Shown: one piece after another, positions 63,049-64,000 of the stretch | How the letters are laid out: every line of letters starts with the position of its first letter | Position numbering within the stretch: the stretch's first letter is position 1 | Source: Mobula hypostoma | Lineage: Eukaryota | Length of the DNA: 64,000 nucleotides | Reading direction: 5' to 3' | NCBI RefSeq assembly: GCF_963921235.1 | Contig: NC_086108.1 | Span: forward strand, 82,212,001-82,276,000 | Position numbers and translations under genes: made by a program | Notes under the pieces: model-generated | What the model was told of the DNA's origin: nothing | Seen by the model: the letters and a program-made list of their open reading frames with translations, nothing else | Databases searched by the model: none

Positions 63049-63172
63049 ATGGAGAGACTCCGGAGCAGTTTCTTCCGGGCCCGGCGGTCCGCTGCTTCGG
63101 AGCCGGTCAAGTTGAGAAAAAGGAAATCGACGCTCTATAGTAAAGAATGCCCTAACGTGGAGCGGGGAACAG
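63049..63172 (+). CDS. Probable first coding exon of an unidentified gene (MERLRSSFFRARRSAASEPVKLRKRKSTLYSKECPNVERGT)
   Basis: Kozak context ggcATGG inside the CpG island and CAG|gtacag donor, after which the sequence becomes AT-rich. The protein was not recognised. Confidence 0.55.
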
Positions 63173-64000
63173 GTACAGGCTGTGCAGCCAGTTCAGAGCT
63201 ATTCGCCTCGCATATCTCTTTGCAATTCGTTCCTGTTGATAAAATGGAGATCGATTGTTGTGCACAGATTGTTCATAGATTCGTTGTGCGATGCTGTTTC
63301 AAATATAGTTGTATTGTTCTACTTTTTTTATGAACGAAAACACACAAGTGCTGGGAAAACGCAGCAGATCTGGAAACAAGCAAAGTAAAAAATCAAGTTT
63401 ATTGTCATATGAACAAGTACAATGTTCATACTGCTATGCAATGGAAAAACTTATTTGTAGTAGCATTACCACACAATGCATCAGATAAGCAGAAGACAAA
63501 CAGAAATATAAATCCTGCACATTTTTACACTACAAGAATGAGTTAGAATAAAACGAAAACGTTCTAGTGCAAAGTGATCAAAGTCAGTCCAGGTTCTTCG
63601 TCTCATCAGGAAAAGAAAGAGTTACTTGAAAATAGAAAGCACCAGGGGTGAAGAAGGTGAAGGAAATCTTTCTGGAGAATGGGGGAGAACTCCAAGGTTG
63701 ACATTCCTAGAAGAAAGCGCAGTTAACTCAAGAGTAAACCATAATCAAAAAATCTGCAGATGCTAGAAATCTGAAATAAAACAAAATATTGCTGGAAACA
63801 CTCAGCAGCTTTAATACTGTTGCTTCTCTTGAAGAAGGTCTTGGATAGAATTCTTTTTCTTTTGTTTTGCTGATCCTTATTTCCTGCCTCCTTTCCAGTC
63901 AGTAATTCCCTTTGCTCAATCTATCCTTCCTACCACATTCTTTTTCCATCTTCTGATGAAGGAATTTCTGCTGGAAATTCTGCTGGTAACTCTGTTTCTC

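Overview
Vertebrate genomic DNA, most likely a cartilaginous fish such as a ray or shark (inferred from V-SINE/HE1-like SINEs, esterase-ORF1 CR1 LINEs, Rex1/Babar LINEs and abundant Penelope-like elements). It is not prokaryotic. The genes, reconstructed from GT-AG splice sites with consistent phases, are: the last four exons of TTC22 (+); PARS2, mitochondrial prolyl-tRNA synthetase, with a single coding exon and a 5' non-coding exon (+); complete 10-exon TTC4 (+, 391 aa); a TMEM205-family gene (-, 3 coding exons, 188 aa); and the probable first exon of an unidentified + strand gene that shares a CpG-rich bidirectional promoter with TMEM205. Introns and intergenic DNA are packed with nested transposons. 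The most notable system is a Penelope-like retroelement family carrying minimal hammerhead ribozymes. It includes a single 3.4-kb insertion in TTC4 intron 4 (14-bp TSD) built as a ~1.4-kb inverted repeat with an intact hammerhead in each arm. Two sense copies in TTC22 carry core-inactivating changes, and an 89-bp-arm palindrome sits next to the PARS2 promoter. Other items: a TSD-flanked ORF-less LINE-ended retroposon, a solo LTR, a Tc1 half-element bounded by direct repeats, and TTC4 inverted relative to the human locus. Gene identities come from recalled protein similarity; no database search was run.
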